Positions 36,463-46,899 of a stretch of 64,000 nucleotides of DNA are shown here, one piece after another. The notes beneath the pieces are model-generated. The model searched no databases, was not told the DNA's origin, and saw only the letters and a program-made list of their open reading frames with translations. Position 1 is the first letter of the stretch. Every line of letters starts with the position of its first letter. The DNA lies in the IMG/VR virus record IMGVR_UViG_3300020438_000025. One strand, written 5' to 3'. This stretch comes from an uncultured virus (IMG/VR IMGVR_UViG_3300020438_000025) (taxonomy: Duplodnaviria; Heunggongvirae; Uroviricota; Caudoviricetes). The position numbers were made by a program, and so were the translations under genes.

Positions 36463-39400
36463 TTATTTTATACCAGCTAACTTAGAAATAGATTCTAATT
36501 CAGTTGATGTGTTATCGTTTGTTGAATCAAATATTCCTCCAAAGAATCCTTTCTTTTTAGGAAATTCTCCTCCATTAGCTGCGCGAATCTTATCCATCAA
36601 TTTATCAACAACAATTTCTGCATGATCATAGCAGTGATTTGTCATTTTTAAGATTTTTTCTATTGCAAAAGCTGCGGATTGCCAAGGTCTTTTCTTATCC
36701 TGCATGGCCATTTCTAATTTTTTCCTCAATGCTTTTATCTGTTGTTCACTGTATCCACGACTAGGACAAGGTAAACCTTTCATACTAGGAGCTTTCTGCG
36801 TAGGCATGTTAGATGTTGCAGAATCATCTTTTGGAATATCAATTTCTTGGATGTACTTAGCTTCAAGGGCCTTGCGTAAACTTTCTCTCATCTCACTATG
36901 ATCTATAGCTGGATCTTTAGCACGTAAAGCACCTTTATCCTTAGGTCTATTCAAACCTCCAGCTAAATCTTTTGTCATGTACGCAGTGTCCATTGTGGTT
37001 TCATCTGGCTCATTTGCGTATTCTTCGTCGACTGTGTCTTCACCCATGCTGCCGCATCCGCAACCTGAAGTTTTTATTGGTTCAGGTGACATTCCTGATG
37101 GTGCCATTACTGCCATTGATTTTGGTTCTGGCATGCCAGCATTTTTCAATAATGCCATTAATTCTGCTACTTCTCCTGCTGAAGCTCCATTCATAGATAC
37201 ATTCATACTTGCTTCTGTTAGCATATTACTTTCCTTTGTGGTTAAATTTACACTATTCCTTTGATAAGTCCTCTTAGGACTTAATCTTCGTAATTTGGCG
37301 GTATCTGGGTTTTTTGTAGCTTTATTGTTTGATGAACCAGAAGTATTTGCAGTTGGAGCTGGTCTTTGTTTTTGTTGAGCTTTTTTTACACTTGGCATAT
37401 CATAATCAAAACTTGCTTTGCCTTTTGCATTTGACGCTTTTCTTCGGTTAGCAGCTTTTGCTTTTTGATCTACGGCTTGTGCAAGTCTTGGATCTACTTT
37501 GCCTACCTGTTTCCTGCCAACATTAGCCATGTAATCACCTGAACCTCCTGCAGTACGTGCTGCATCACTTGATTTAGATGCAGATTTTGCCTTATAGTTC
37601 ACCACAGGTGTTCCTGTATTACTAGGTTCACGCTCTCCTTTTTCTAGATCTTTTTTGAATCCTGGAAAAATTTTAGCTTGTGGACCAGATTTGATATTAT
37701 CTGGTTTTTTATCATAATAATCTTGCAGAGTTTCGGGTCGTAGACCTATATATTCTAAATCCTTGTTATCGATAAAAATACGGAGTTCTTCCTGTGGTAA
37801 TAATTTTATCATATCTTTATATGGCAAATCTACAGCATCCTTAGTCACAGCACGACCTTGTTTGTTCAATTTTGCATATACAGCCTTAAATTTATCATCT
37901 TGTTTGTATACCATGACTGGCAAATTTAATTTTTTTGCAACTCTCGCATAAAAATCTGCAATTTGCCTGTCATCTGAAAAACTAAAGCCACCAGGATCTA
38001 AAATAATTGCTTTTCGTTCTAATCTTTTCAAAAGTTTATCGGATGGACGATCTGGTATTTTATCAACGATCGCATCCATTTTGTCTTCATAATCGCCTTC
38101 TTTTACAATAGAATCAACACGTTCTATTAATGTTTTCATTGAATTTTTCACCACGATCTCCTTTGGCATTTGTAGATATTTATCTATTCCACTAAGCATT
38201 AAAATTCTATCTATATATTGATTAGAATCACTTATTCCTTTTATGTCTTTCAAACGTTTTAAAAAATCTTTTGCGTAACGTTTTGTTGCTAATCTTGCTA
38301 CACCAGTTTTTGTATCAACTTCATTTGGGCCGCCATTATACATCATTGCAGCATATACAAATCTTGGATCTATTCCTTTTGGAATTTTCAATGTAGATTT
38401 ATCTTTAAAGTTAATAGTGTGATCTTTTGTCCTATACTGTTTAAAATCTTTGTGTAAATTTTGTGCTTTATAAGCTAGTTTACGTTTTTTTGGTGTGCCT
38501 TTACCTCCTAGTAGCGTGTATAACAAAGTATAATACCATACACCTATTTCTATTTGTAATTTTTTATCTTTTTTGATATCGTCTATTGTGTCATCTGACA
38601 TTCCATGACGTATCCATTCATCTATCGCACCTTTTAAACGCGGATCAGTCATTACTTGCATGCCACCATAAGAAGCACCTCCATCACCAGGCACACTGTC
38701 AATATTACCACTTGATTCTTTATCAAAAATTATATTAATAGCAGTTGTAGGTGCATCATACTTGTCAATATTTGTATTCAATACTTGAGAACCAAGTTGT
38801 TGACTATTATTAGATCCTTGTTCAGGCCTATCATTGGAATTTTGTTGAATATAATCTTTATACAATTTAGCAAGTGCAGATTCTGCATCTTTTTTAGTAG
38901 GATGTTCGCTTATAACATAATATTGTCGCGTGACCCCACTACCAGCTCCTATGGCTTCCCCATACCGGACAATTTTCCATACAGCAGGTATTCCTGGAAT
39001 AAGTCCGCCTACTTTTATTATTTCATATTCACCGTAAAATTCCTGTGCTTGTGTTGTATCTTCTGGTTCAACTTCTGGTTCAACTTCTGGGGCAACTTCT
39101 GGTTCAACTTCTGGTTCAACTTCTGGTTCAACTTCTGGTTCAACTTCTGGTTTTTGCAATTGCTGCATATTGCCCGGATCATCGTCAGAATATTCATCTG
39201 CAGGTATATTGAAATCTTGCACTGTGGCTGTATCATCGGTAGTAGGTCCATCAGATTGTTGAAATCCTGGTTGATTATCTAAAGAATCTATTCCATCTAC
39301 TGGGTCTGCTGTCGTAGGACTCATCGCAGGACTATCTGGATTAGTAACAGTAGGCACTGATACTGGAGGTCGGTCAGGAGACATTCCATATTTTTTATCT

Positions 39401-39939
39401 ACTTGACCAATTGGTCCATCTACTCTATCAGTGCTAAGTGGTGGCCCTGCAGTACTGCCGTTACTGGGTCTAGATTGTGTATAGTCTAGACCATACTGAT
39501 CATTACTATCATTTTTACCTTCCGGTGGCCCATTAGCAACATCATCAACTGCACCACCTTGATTTGTACCATCTTGATTAGTACCATCTACATTACTCGA
39601 TCCTCCGTCTGGTATATTTCCAGCAGGAGGTGTATATTGTTGTTGTATTTGGGGTACAGTTTTAAAATTTTGTTGTGGTGAGGTTTGGAGGAATTTTTTG
39701 ATTTTTCTAAACAGTGGAGGAGTTGATCTTACTCCTACCATGTATCTTTGATATACCCTGCCGGATGCAGGATCTACTTGTACTACATTCACAGTCCTGT
39801 CATTGGCACTGCTGTCTATGTATATGTCTTTCCTATTACCTATAAGTTTCCTAATATCCTGTTGGATAATTGATCCTTTTACAGGTACATATCTCTTACT
39901 GTTTTCTAATAAATGCAGTTTGTCTAGCAGCTCACGCAT
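36463..39939 (-). CDS. Large internal head/ejection protein with a lytic transglycosylase (SLT) domain
   Basis: KESSG, GGMQV and MYNGGP motifs; long low-complexity linkers; MRELLDKL..LE start and ISKLAGI end. Confidence 0.7.
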   Translation of the reverse strand: MRELLDKLHLLENSKRYVPVKGSIIQQDIRKLIGNRKDIYIDSSANDRTVNVVQVDPASGRVYQRYMVGVRSTPPLFRKIKKFLQTSPQQNFKTVPQIQQQYTPPAGNIPDGGSSNVDGTNQDGTNQGGAVDDVANGPPEGKNDSNDQYGLDYTQSRPSNGSTAGPPLSTDRVDGPIGQVDKKYGMSPDRPPVSVPTVTNPDSPAMSPTTADPVDGIDSLDNQPGFQQSDGPTTDDTATVQDFNIPADEYSDDDPGNMQQLQKPEVEPEVEPEVEPEVEPEVAPEVEPEVEPEDTTQAQEFYGEYEIIKVGGLIPGIPAVWKIVRYGEAIGAGSGVTRQYYVISEHPTKKDAESALAKLYKDYIQQNSNDRPEQGSNNSQQLGSQVLNTNIDKYDAPTTAINIIFDKESSGNIDSVPGDGGASYGGMQVMTDPRLKGAIDEWIRHGMSDDTIDDIKKDKKLQIEIGVWYYTLLYTLLGGKGTPKKRKLAYKAQNLHKDFKQYRTKDHTINFKDKSTLKIPKGIDPRFVYAAMMYNGGPNEVDTKTGVARLATKRYAKDFLKRLKDIKGISDSNQYIDRILMLSGIDKYLQMPKEIVVKNSMKTLIERVDSIVKEGDYEDKMDAIVDKIPDRPSDKLLKRLERKAIILDPGGFSFSDDRQIADFYARVAKKLNLPVMVYKQDDKFKAVYAKLNKQGRAVTKDAVDLPYKDMIKLLPQEELRIFIDNKDLEYIGLRPETLQDYYDKKPDNIKSGPQAKIFPGFKKDLEKGEREPSNTGTPVVNYKAKSASKSSDAARTAGGSGDYMANVGRKQVGKVDPRLAQAVDQKAKAANRRKASNAKGKASFDYDMPSVKKAQQKQRPAPTANTSGSSNNKATKNPDTAKLRRLSPKRTYQRNSVNLTTKESNMLTEASMNVSMNGASAGEVAELMALLKNAGMPEPKSMAVMAPSGMSPEPIKTSGCGCGSMGEDTVDEEYANEPDETTMDTAYMTKDLAGGLNRPKDKGALRAKDPAIDHSEMRESLRKALEAKYIQEIDIPKDDSATSNMPTQKAPSMKGLPCPSRGYSEQQIKALRKKLEMAMQDKKRPWQSAAFAIEKILKMTNHCYDHAEIVVDKLMDKIRAANGGEFPKKKGFFGGIFDSTNDNTSTELESISKLAGIK
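39061..39150 (-). repeat. 12-bp coding tandem repeat (PEVE)x7.5
   Basis: TTCTGGTTCAAC units, one of them variant (PEVA). Confidence 0.95.
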
Positions 39940-40448
39940 TATTTTTCCGAGGCAATACCTCGTGTAGGATCATACTCGTTGTCTTTTTTTGTTTTGTCTA
40001 ATTCTTTGAGTAGTTCCATCACACGATTTTGTCCTACAGATTTTTGTGCCGATTCACCGCCCATATCAGTTTGTGTCAACAAGGTTTCATATGGTTTTTC
40101 AGGAGTATCTTTTTGTAATTCGTCTAATGGATCATTTTCTCCACTAACTCTAAGATGTCCTTTTGCGCAGTTTGTTTCTGCAGCCAAATATTCCTGAAGT
40201 ATGTGACTTGTCACCGGATAAGTTACTTCAGCTTCGAAATGTGTAACCTCGCAGTTTTGTATTTGTGGAAAATCTAAAGGAGTTTTATCAATAGGTGTAG
40301 TAGCACCTTTGTTAAAAGATACAACTTCATATTTATTGAGTGCAGTTTCCATTTTATCTGTAAAATTTTCTGGAAGTTCACCTGCTGCTTTAATTTTAAA
40401 TTTATAAGTTTTTTTAGATTCTACAAGGTATTCATTGAATGATTTCAT
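39939..40448 (-). CDS. Probable head-associated protein
   Basis: MKSFNEYLVE N-terminus resembling a capsid-targeting sequence; GATAAATA at 40469-40476. Confidence 0.7.
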   Translation of the reverse strand: MKSFNEYLVESKKTYKFKIKAAGELPENFTDKMETALNKYEVVSFNKGATTPIDKTPLDFPQIQNCEVTHFEAEVTYPVTSHILQEYLAAETNCAKGHLRVSGENDPLDELQKDTPEKPYETLLTQTDMGGESAQKSVGQNRVMELLKELDKTKKDNEYDPTRGIASEK

Positions 40449-40467
40449 AACAGATTCCTATTTTACT

Positions 40468-40944
40468 CTATTTATCTAGATTTTTAATTTTTTCTAGCAA
40501 GCTATTTCGATCAGTAACAATGTACCCTTCTCCTTGCACTATATCACCGTTGGGTGAAGATTCTTTATCTAGTTTTTCTTTTTTTAGTTGTAATTCAACC
40601 ATTTTTAATTTTTTATCTAGTTTGGCAACTTTTGACTCTAAATTGGTTTTTAACATTTGCCCAGCAACTTCAAAAATGCGTCCGCTGAATCTTGCTTCAA
40701 CATTCATGCCAAGATCCATTAAATCATCATATGCGTCCATAGATTTTTTTGACACTTCATCTAGTTCAGTATCACCTAAGGCACCTAACCCTTTAACCTG
40801 AGGTAAGGCTGCTGTGATCTTATCAAATTCGTCAAGTTCTTTGATTGTTGTTTTTTGAGCAGCAATTGCAGTGGCTTTTTTTTCAGTATCAATAATATTT
40901 TGTGATTCAGGTAAGTTTAGCAAATCTTCTAATTTTTTAGTCAT
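40468..40944 (-). CDS. gp16: Terminase small subunit (T4 gp16-like)
   Basis: RIFEVAGQM motif in a coiled-coil; TATAAATA at 40965-40972; close to TerL. Confidence 0.65.
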   Translation of the reverse strand: MTKKLEDLLNLPESQNIIDTEKKATAIAAQKTTIKELDEFDKITAALPQVKGLGALGDTELDEVSKKSMDAYDDLMDLGMNVEARFSGRIFEVAGQMLKTNLESKVAKLDKKLKMVELQLKKEKLDKESSPNGDIVQGEGYIVTDRNSLLEKIKNLDK

Positions 40945-40973
40945 AAATATTCCTACGTGTATGGTATTTATAA

Positions 40974-41411
40974 CTATGCTTTCCTGCCATAATGAAAAAT
41001 ATCTCTTTCGGTAATTACTCGGAAAGTAATTCCTTGTTGTCTACACCAAGCAGTAGCAGCACCCCATTTAGCTTGATTAAGTATATAATGTGCTCTATTA
41101 TTTTGACTCTTGCCTATTTTTTCTTTTAAAGTTTGATTGCTTGGTTTGACTTCTATCAATTCTGTGTTATTTTTTCCGTTCCGATCAACATATGAAATTA
41201 AAAAATCAGGTACATACATTGTTTTTTTACCAGTTAACGGATTTAAGTATGGAATACGTATAGATTCAGATGCCCAATTTATAATGCCTGAATGCTCGTC
41301 ACAAAATTTCATCATGGTAAATTCCCAACTACTGCGATATAAAGGTAATGCTTTTCCTAAATATTTTTCTGGATTTTTACAGCGGAATTTACCTTGTGCA
41401 AATCGTGCCAT
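40974..41411 (-). CDS. gp4: Head completion nuclease (T4 gp4-like, TnsA fold)
   Basis: YRSSWE, WASE, YVPDF, IEVKP, NQAKW and FRVITE motifs. Confidence 0.92.
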   Translation of the reverse strand: MARFAQGKFRCKNPEKYLGKALPLYRSSWEFTMMKFCDEHSGIINWASESIRIPYLNPLTGKKTMYVPDFLISYVDRNGKNNTELIEVKPSNQTLKEKIGKSQNNRAHYILNQAKWGAATAWCRQQGITFRVITERDIFHYGRKA

Positions 41412-43453
41412 TAAAAATTACCAACTGTAATTGTACCAACATATATTGTATGATTTGATGGAGAAAAATAATAGTAAGTGCCGGTAGTTTGTGGATGAAA
41501 TTGTAAACCATAATTAGGTGTTTGTATTACATCATTATGATTGGTTGCATCAGATGCTGCGGTACTGGCAATCATCATAGTGATGCCACTACCAAACTGA
41601 TTTATTATAGACAATACATCATTCTGATTTATACGAATATGAAAATTAAATTGTGCATGATATTCACCGTATCTATCCTCACCAGAAAGTATAAGATATC
41701 CGCTAGTTGTATCAGGATGATATCCACCAATATGTGCAGTATACCAATTTCCAAATTGCTTGATATGTCTAGTTTGCAATTTTACTCGCGGATAAGTAAA
41801 TCCACTTGATGTTCTTTCATGATTTAAAACAGGAATACCTACACTTGTACCTCCTTCGGAATATCTCCTAAACTGATCATTATACAGGTATCTATTTGTA
41901 TCTCCATTTAGATCAACCAAAGCCGATGAATCACTTAAATCTGTTGTGTCAGATGCATCATCTATCTGATTCTTTTTAGATCCAGAACCATGTAACCATG
42001 CCTTTGCTTGTGCATGAGTTAGGTAAGGTTTATTTTCTGCCAAGCATGCTAATACACCAGACATTTGAGGAGAAGACATACTTGTGCCTGACTTCTTCAT
42101 CACACTGTATGATGCATCTCTAGCATCTGACCTTTTATCTGTTGCAGACGAATCTCCTGATGCATGAACACTAGATTGAATAGAATATCCTGGAGCATAA
42201 CAATCAATACCAGGACCTTTTGCACTAAACAAAGCTTTGAATTCTAATCCATGTGCTGCTATTGCACCGCTTATTATAGTGCCACCTGATTTTTTACTAT
42301 CACCTCTGCAGTAATAATAATATCCTGATGCTTGATTATTGTAATCAGTATCAGTAGAATTTGTAATAATTTCATTGCTATTACCACCAGATCCAACAAA
42401 TATCACTCCTTCTGCTATCATATCTTGAATATCACTTATAGTGCTAGTAACGACCGCAGGTATATATATTTGATTATTTTCTATTGTTCCGTTCAGCCCC
42501 CAATCTCGTAATTGTGCATAAGATTCAGATGCAGCATTTGTAGTTACTGTATTACCTCTAAAGTTGACTGACATATTCGTCAAAGACACTAAGTAGGAGC
42601 TGCCAAAACTACCATTAACTATCGTAGGATTTTTTACTCCTGTAGCAGGATTTATAGGTTTAAATTTATGGAATGCTCTTATATAGTCATATTTCTGTCC
42701 ATAATACGAAGAATTCTGTGTATTACCTGTACTATATGGATTTAAATTATAGATATTTGCATGCCTTGCCCATCCTTGGGTGTTACCAGCCACGGTACCT
42801 GCTACATGCATACCGTGGTCATCTCCATAACTACTGGCTAAGGTGTCTCTATATGCATATTTTCCATAATATGGAAAAGGGAACAGATGCGCATAGCTAA
42901 TATTAATTCCAGATGCTTCTGCAGTATATAAATCCCAATCAAATTTTACCATCCTTGATCCGCCAGTACCATCACTATTTACTGCAAATTCTGGATGACC
43001 GGGATCCATTAATCCGTCTAGTATTATGACATCTACATTCCTACCAGATATTGTATTAGTAATAGTAGCAGTTCGATTTGTAAAACCTGAATTTGTCCCC
43101 CAATTTGTAGTTTGATATCCTTCAATGCATCTCAATAATCCCCAATTACAGTCATCAGCATCTGCTGTTGAAGATTTGTCCCAATTGGCAGAGTATTGCG
43201 TATAACCTAAAGGTTCTGTTATTGCGGATTGTATAAATGCTAATGAAACAACATCCCATACTCTCGCATCATTCTTTATTTCTTCTGCTTCTTCAGCAGT
43301 TAACATATAATGTGTATTACGGCTATTACGCCTTCTTTCAATTGTTTCTACTTCTCGATCAGGAATATATAAGCTACCACCTGGTGTTTCTATATCGTTA
43401 TAAAATTCATCTAAATCTTCATGCTTGTGTAGGGTAACTATATATTCTTCCAT
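41411..43453 (-). CDS. Subtilisin-like (S8) serine protease
   Basis: Catalytic triad motifs VIILDG, HGMHVAGT and SGTSMSSP; oxyanion SGGN; N-terminal propeptide-like EYIVTL. Confidence 0.9.
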   Translation of the reverse strand: MEEYIVTLHKHEDLDEFYNDIETPGGSLYIPDREVETIERRRNSRNTHYMLTAEEAEEIKNDARVWDVVSLAFIQSAITEPLGYTQYSANWDKSSTADADDCNWGLLRCIEGYQTTNWGTNSGFTNRTATITNTISGRNVDVIILDGLMDPGHPEFAVNSDGTGGSRMVKFDWDLYTAEASGINISYAHLFPFPYYGKYAYRDTLASSYGDDHGMHVAGTVAGNTQGWARHANIYNLNPYSTGNTQNSSYYGQKYDYIRAFHKFKPINPATGVKNPTIVNGSFGSSYLVSLTNMSVNFRGNTVTTNAASESYAQLRDWGLNGTIENNQIYIPAVVTSTISDIQDMIAEGVIFVGSGGNSNEIITNSTDTDYNNQASGYYYYCRGDSKKSGGTIISGAIAAHGLEFKALFSAKGPGIDCYAPGYSIQSSVHASGDSSATDKRSDARDASYSVMKKSGTSMSSPQMSGVLACLAENKPYLTHAQAKAWLHGSGSKKNQIDDASDTTDLSDSSALVDLNGDTNRYLYNDQFRRYSEGGTSVGIPVLNHERTSSGFTYPRVKLQTRHIKQFGNWYTAHIGGYHPDTTSGYLILSGEDRYGEYHAQFNFHIRINQNDVLSIINQFGSGITMMIASTAASDATNHNDVIQTPNYGLQFHPQTTGTYYYFSPSNHTIYVGTITVGNF

Positions 43454-43455
43454 AA

Positions 43456-45285
43456 TTATCCTTCAACTTGAACCACTGTCATTGTGACTGTTATTGCTGC
43501 AGTAGATCCTGACTTATTAACAACTTTTAATGGAATTGAACTAGTCACAGTAGATTCATTATTAAATCCAAAAACTCCTGGTGTAATTTTGATTGTTTGT
43601 GCACCAGTTGTAATGACTTCTGCTATTATACCTTGACCTGGTAGTGGATCGGTTGTTTCAGTCCTAGATGCATCGAGACTTCTGCTTGCAATATCAGTAT
43701 AGACAGTCACCCAAGCTGCTGCTGATGTTTGTATTTTTAATAAATAATAGCTTTTAAAAACTGTTACAGAAATATTATCTGCTGCTCCGTTTGCTACACT
43801 ACTAGTAGTACCTGCTGCTGTAGTTCTTGCGAAAGCAGGAGCACTTGCAAATGTAACTGAGTCACCTGCAACATCAGTTGTTATAGTCATGTTAGCACCA
43901 GCATGCAATGTTAAAGTATCAGTTGTGCTATCAGCTTCAACATTTGATTGACCAGTAGTACCTGTAACAGCAATTTTATCGAATACATTTTGTGATGATG
44001 CAAATGTAACTGAGTCACCTGCAACATCAGTTGTTATAGTCATGTTAGCACCAGCATGCAATGTTAAAGTATCAGTTGTGCTATCAGCTTCAACATTTGA
44101 TTGACCAGTAGTACCTGTAACAGCAATTTTATCAAATAAATTTTGTGTTGTACCTGATGATGCAAATGTAACTGTATCACTATTAGGATCAGTATTTATG
44201 GTCATGTTAGCACCAGCATGCAATGTTAAAGTATCAGTTGTGCTATCAGCTTCAACATTTGATTGACCAGTAGTACCTGTAACAGCAATTTTATCAAATA
44301 AATTTTGTGTTGTACCTGATGATGCAAATGTAACTGTATCACTATTAGGATCAGTATTTATGGTCATGTTAGCACCAGCATGCAATGTTAAAGTATCAGT
44401 TGTGCTATCAGCTTCAACATTTGATTGACCAGTAGTACCTGTAACAGCAATTTTATCAAATAAATTTTGTGTTGTACCTGATGATGCAAATGTAACTGTA
44501 TCACTATTAGGATCAGTATTTATGGTCATGTTAGCACCAGCATGCAATGTTAAAATATCAGTAGTATTGTCTGCTTCAACATTTGATTGACCAGTAGTAC
44601 CTGTAACAGCAATTTTATCGAATACATTTTGGGTTGCTGCAGAACTTGCAATGGTAATTGAATCACTATTAGAATCAGTAGTAATTGTAATATTATTGCC
44701 AGCCACAAATGTAAGAGTATCTGTATCTGCATCTGCTACAATATTAGATGCTCCGTCTACTGCTATAGTCGAAAATAAATTTTGATTAGGAGTTTTATCC
44801 GTAAAACTAAATGTACCTGATCCGTTTGTGGTTAATACCTGCCCAGATGTTCCATCATTTATACTTAGATTCAAAAGTGTGCTGGGTATAGAAGGTTGAT
44901 TAGTTAAATTAGAATAGTTACCATTAAATGTACTATATCCTGCAACAGAATGATCACCCCACGAAAATGCAGTATTCCAATTATTAATTAAAGAAGTTGT
45001 CACACTTGCTGCTGGACTGCCATCAAAATTTGTAGCCGATACAGCAGCAGGAATCCACTTAGTGCCATTCCATTGTAAGTATTGCCCGGTTGTTGGTGTA
45101 TTAGTGATTATGTCTGTGTTGTTCAAATAAGTTTGTGCATTGTGATCACCCCACGAATATGCAGTATCCCAATTACTTTTATTTGTTTCTAGTGTGACAG
45201 TTCTTGTGTTTATATCTGTGAAATTTCCATCTACTTCGGCGAATGATAAAGCTGATCCTTTATTCATTCTTAATACAATAGCCAT
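43456..45285 (-). CDS. Tail fibre-like structural protein with internal repeats
   Basis: KGSALSFAEVDGNF start, WDTAYSWGDH motifs, GQVLTTNGSG and six ~54-aa repeats. Confidence 0.8.
   Translation of the reverse strand: MAIVLRMNKGSALSFAEVDGNFTDINTRTVTLETNKSNWDTAYSWGDHNAQTYLNNTDIITNTPTTGQYLQWNGTKWIPAAVSATNFDGSPAASVTTSLINNWNTAFSWGDHSVAGYSTFNGNYSNLTNQPSIPSTLLNLSINDGTSGQVLTTNGSGTFSFTDKTPNQNLFSTIAVDGASNIVADADTDTLTFVAGNNITITTDSNSDSITIASSAATQNVFDKIAVTGTTGQSNVEADNTTDILTLHAGANMTINTDPNSDTVTFASSGTTQNLFDKIAVTGTTGQSNVEADSTTDTLTLHAGANMTINTDPNSDTVTFASSGTTQNLFDKIAVTGTTGQSNVEADSTTDTLTLHAGANMTINTDPNSDTVTFASSGTTQNLFDKIAVTGTTGQSNVEADSTTDTLTLHAGANMTITTDVAGDSVTFASSQNVFDKIAVTGTTGQSNVEADSTTDTLTLHAGANMTITTDVAGDSVTFASAPAFARTTAAGTTSSVANGAADNISVTVFKSYYLLKIQTSAAAWVTVYTDIASRSLDASRTETTDPLPGQGIIAEVITTGAQTIKITPGVFGFNNESTVTSSIPLKVVNKSGSTAAITVTMTVVQVEG
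43845..44790 (-). repeat. 162/153-bp coding tandem repeat: five near-identical copies plus one diverged copy
   Basis: Marker GATTGACC at 43946, 44099, 44261, 44423 and 44585 (spacings 153, 162, 162, 162). Confidence 0.95.
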
Positions 45286-45294
45286 ATAATTTCC

Positions 45295-45666
45295 TTATAC
45301 CAGTATGTTTCTAGTCTCAAATTTGTCAGTTTGCGAATTTGTTTTATACCCTAGTCTTGATGTTTTGTCACGACGAAAGTTTAATATTTCTGTAACAGTC
45401 CTAGTTAACTGTGCATCTGTTAATCCTTGTAGGGTATCTATTATTTTGAAAACAGGAACGGAATCAACTTTTGCTTGTGATATTAATAATTGTGCAATAG
45501 AAATAGCAGCCTGTTTATCAAATTGCCTTTTTGTAAAATAGCCTACCACAGCATCAAAATCATTAGCTGGGTATTCTAATTGTTTTTGCCAATAAGTATC
45601 AAAAAAAGATACAACACGTTGATCTGAGGTTGTGTATGATAAAGGTAAGTCTGCTGCCATTGTCAC
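45295..45666 (-). CDS. Conserved structural-region hypothetical protein
   Basis: Coupled to flanking tail genes; DAVVGYF.KR.F..LN..R..TS.LG motif. Confidence 0.75.
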   Translation of the reverse strand: MTMAADLPLSYTTSDQRVVSFFDTYWQKQLEYPANDFDAVVGYFTKRQFDKQAAISIAQLLISQAKVDSVPVFKIIDTLQGLTDAQLTRTVTEILNFRRDKTSRLGYKTNSQTDKFETRNILV

Positions 45667-46847
45667 TCTCCTGGAAAGACTGTATCGCTTACGCCGCCTA
45701 GTATTTCATCTCTACTGGAATTTTCTAAAATACCAGTCAATGCACCTACTCCTTCATTTAAAATACCTTCTGCAGATAAACCTTGACCGCTACGTAATAA
45801 GTTGAAACCAGCAAGTGCAGCACCAATTGGATTATTGAAAATATCACTTTCTCCAGTAGCTGCATAGTCAAATAAATCGGCTGCTCCTGATAAAATTGTA
45901 CCAAAGTTTGCAACTGCGCCGCCTGCTAAAGTAATAGGGCTAGGTGTTTGATCATAGTGTTCTGCTGCTCCAAAACCTGCTGGTGCCACATTACTATCAA
46001 CTTTTCCTCTTTGGTATTGCATAGCCTCGTATTTAAAGGTGATTTTGTTCTCAACACCTTGACTATCTCCTGCTGTAACATCTCCATGGCTCCAATCTGT
46101 TATTAATGGATTAACAAGGAAATAAGTTGTGTAAGTGTTCCTAGTCATTAAGCTTATCTGTATATTATTGAAAAAGGGGCTTTTGATCCTATTGTCCATG
46201 CCAAAAGGAGACTGATTACTAGGATGATTTGCATCACGATATAAATCACTAGGTTGTGATGATAGTGTTGGTTTAGCAACTTCTTGTCCTACAACACTAG
46301 TGGGAGCACTGGTTCCTGCAGGGCCTTGCCTCATGGTAGTCGCTTTAGTGTCCTTAACCAGTGCAGGAGTTTTACTATATATATTAGCCCCAAGGGTAGA
46401 ACTATTACCTATAGTTCGAGTACCTGAAAGTACATTTGTATCAGCAAAATAATACCTCATATACATTTCTAAAAGACCAGTAGTAATTCCCATGTTATCA
46501 TCATGGAATGTTATAGATACTGGATTGTATTGGATACTAGATTGTGCATGCCTTACTCTGTTGTATTTTTTCCTTGTTTCTACATTGGCGGTGAATTCAG
46601 GTAAGGTAGAATTTTTTACAAGTAAACCTAGTTCACGTTTGTGACGTTGGTCCCATCTGGGATTTATTTTCCTACCATCTTCACTAATATCGAAAAAAAC
46701 ATGGTATAAAAATTTAACTTTCGGAGCAAGACGATAGGTATTTTTGACAAAGGTTCTACTAGCATGACGCCAGTCACCTAGATTACCTTTTGGATTCAAT
46801 GCACCACTGATCAAATTATCCAAGAATCCATTGAAGATTGTAGACAT
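45663..46847 (-). CDS. Baseplate/tail tube initiator (gp48/gp54-like)
   Basis: Tube-fold motifs PKVKFLYHV, LVK..LP, YNPVSITFHDD and LVNPLIT; lies next to the tube gene. Confidence 0.7.
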   Translation of the reverse strand: MSTIFNGFLDNLISGALNPKGNLGDWRHASRTFVKNTYRLAPKVKFLYHVFFDISEDGRKINPRWDQRHKRELGLLVKNSTLPEFTANVETRKKYNRVRHAQSSIQYNPVSITFHDDNMGITTGLLEMYMRYYFADTNVLSGTRTIGNSSTLGANIYSKTPALVKDTKATTMRQGPAGTSAPTSVVGQEVAKPTLSSQPSDLYRDANHPSNQSPFGMDNRIKSPFFNNIQISLMTRNTYTTYFLVNPLITDWSHGDVTAGDSQGVENKITFKYEAMQYQRGKVDSNVAPAGFGAAEHYDQTPSPITLAGGAVANFGTILSGAADLFDYAATGESDIFNNPIGAALAGFNLLRSGQGLSAEGILNEGVGALTGILENSSRDEILGGVSDTVFPGE

Positions 46848-46864
46848 GTTTTAAATATTTCTAT

Positions 46865-46895
46865 AAAAAATACTAGGCAAGTGGATTGCCTAGTA
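46865..46895 (-). terminator. Intrinsic terminator after the tail tube gene
   Basis: TACTAGGCAA-5 nt-TTGCCTAGTA followed by T6 on the minus strand. Confidence 0.85.
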
Positions 46896-46899
46896 AGGT

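Noticed and set aside
38785..39282. Alternative-frame ORFs with FWFN or NQKL repeats
   Set aside because: These are shadows of the 12-bp PEVE repeat in the 1158-aa gene.
43845..44790. Fibre repeats as a diversity-generating retroelement TR/VR pair
   Set aside because: The copies are in-frame tandem units without adenine-specific variation, and there is no reverse transcriptase in the window.
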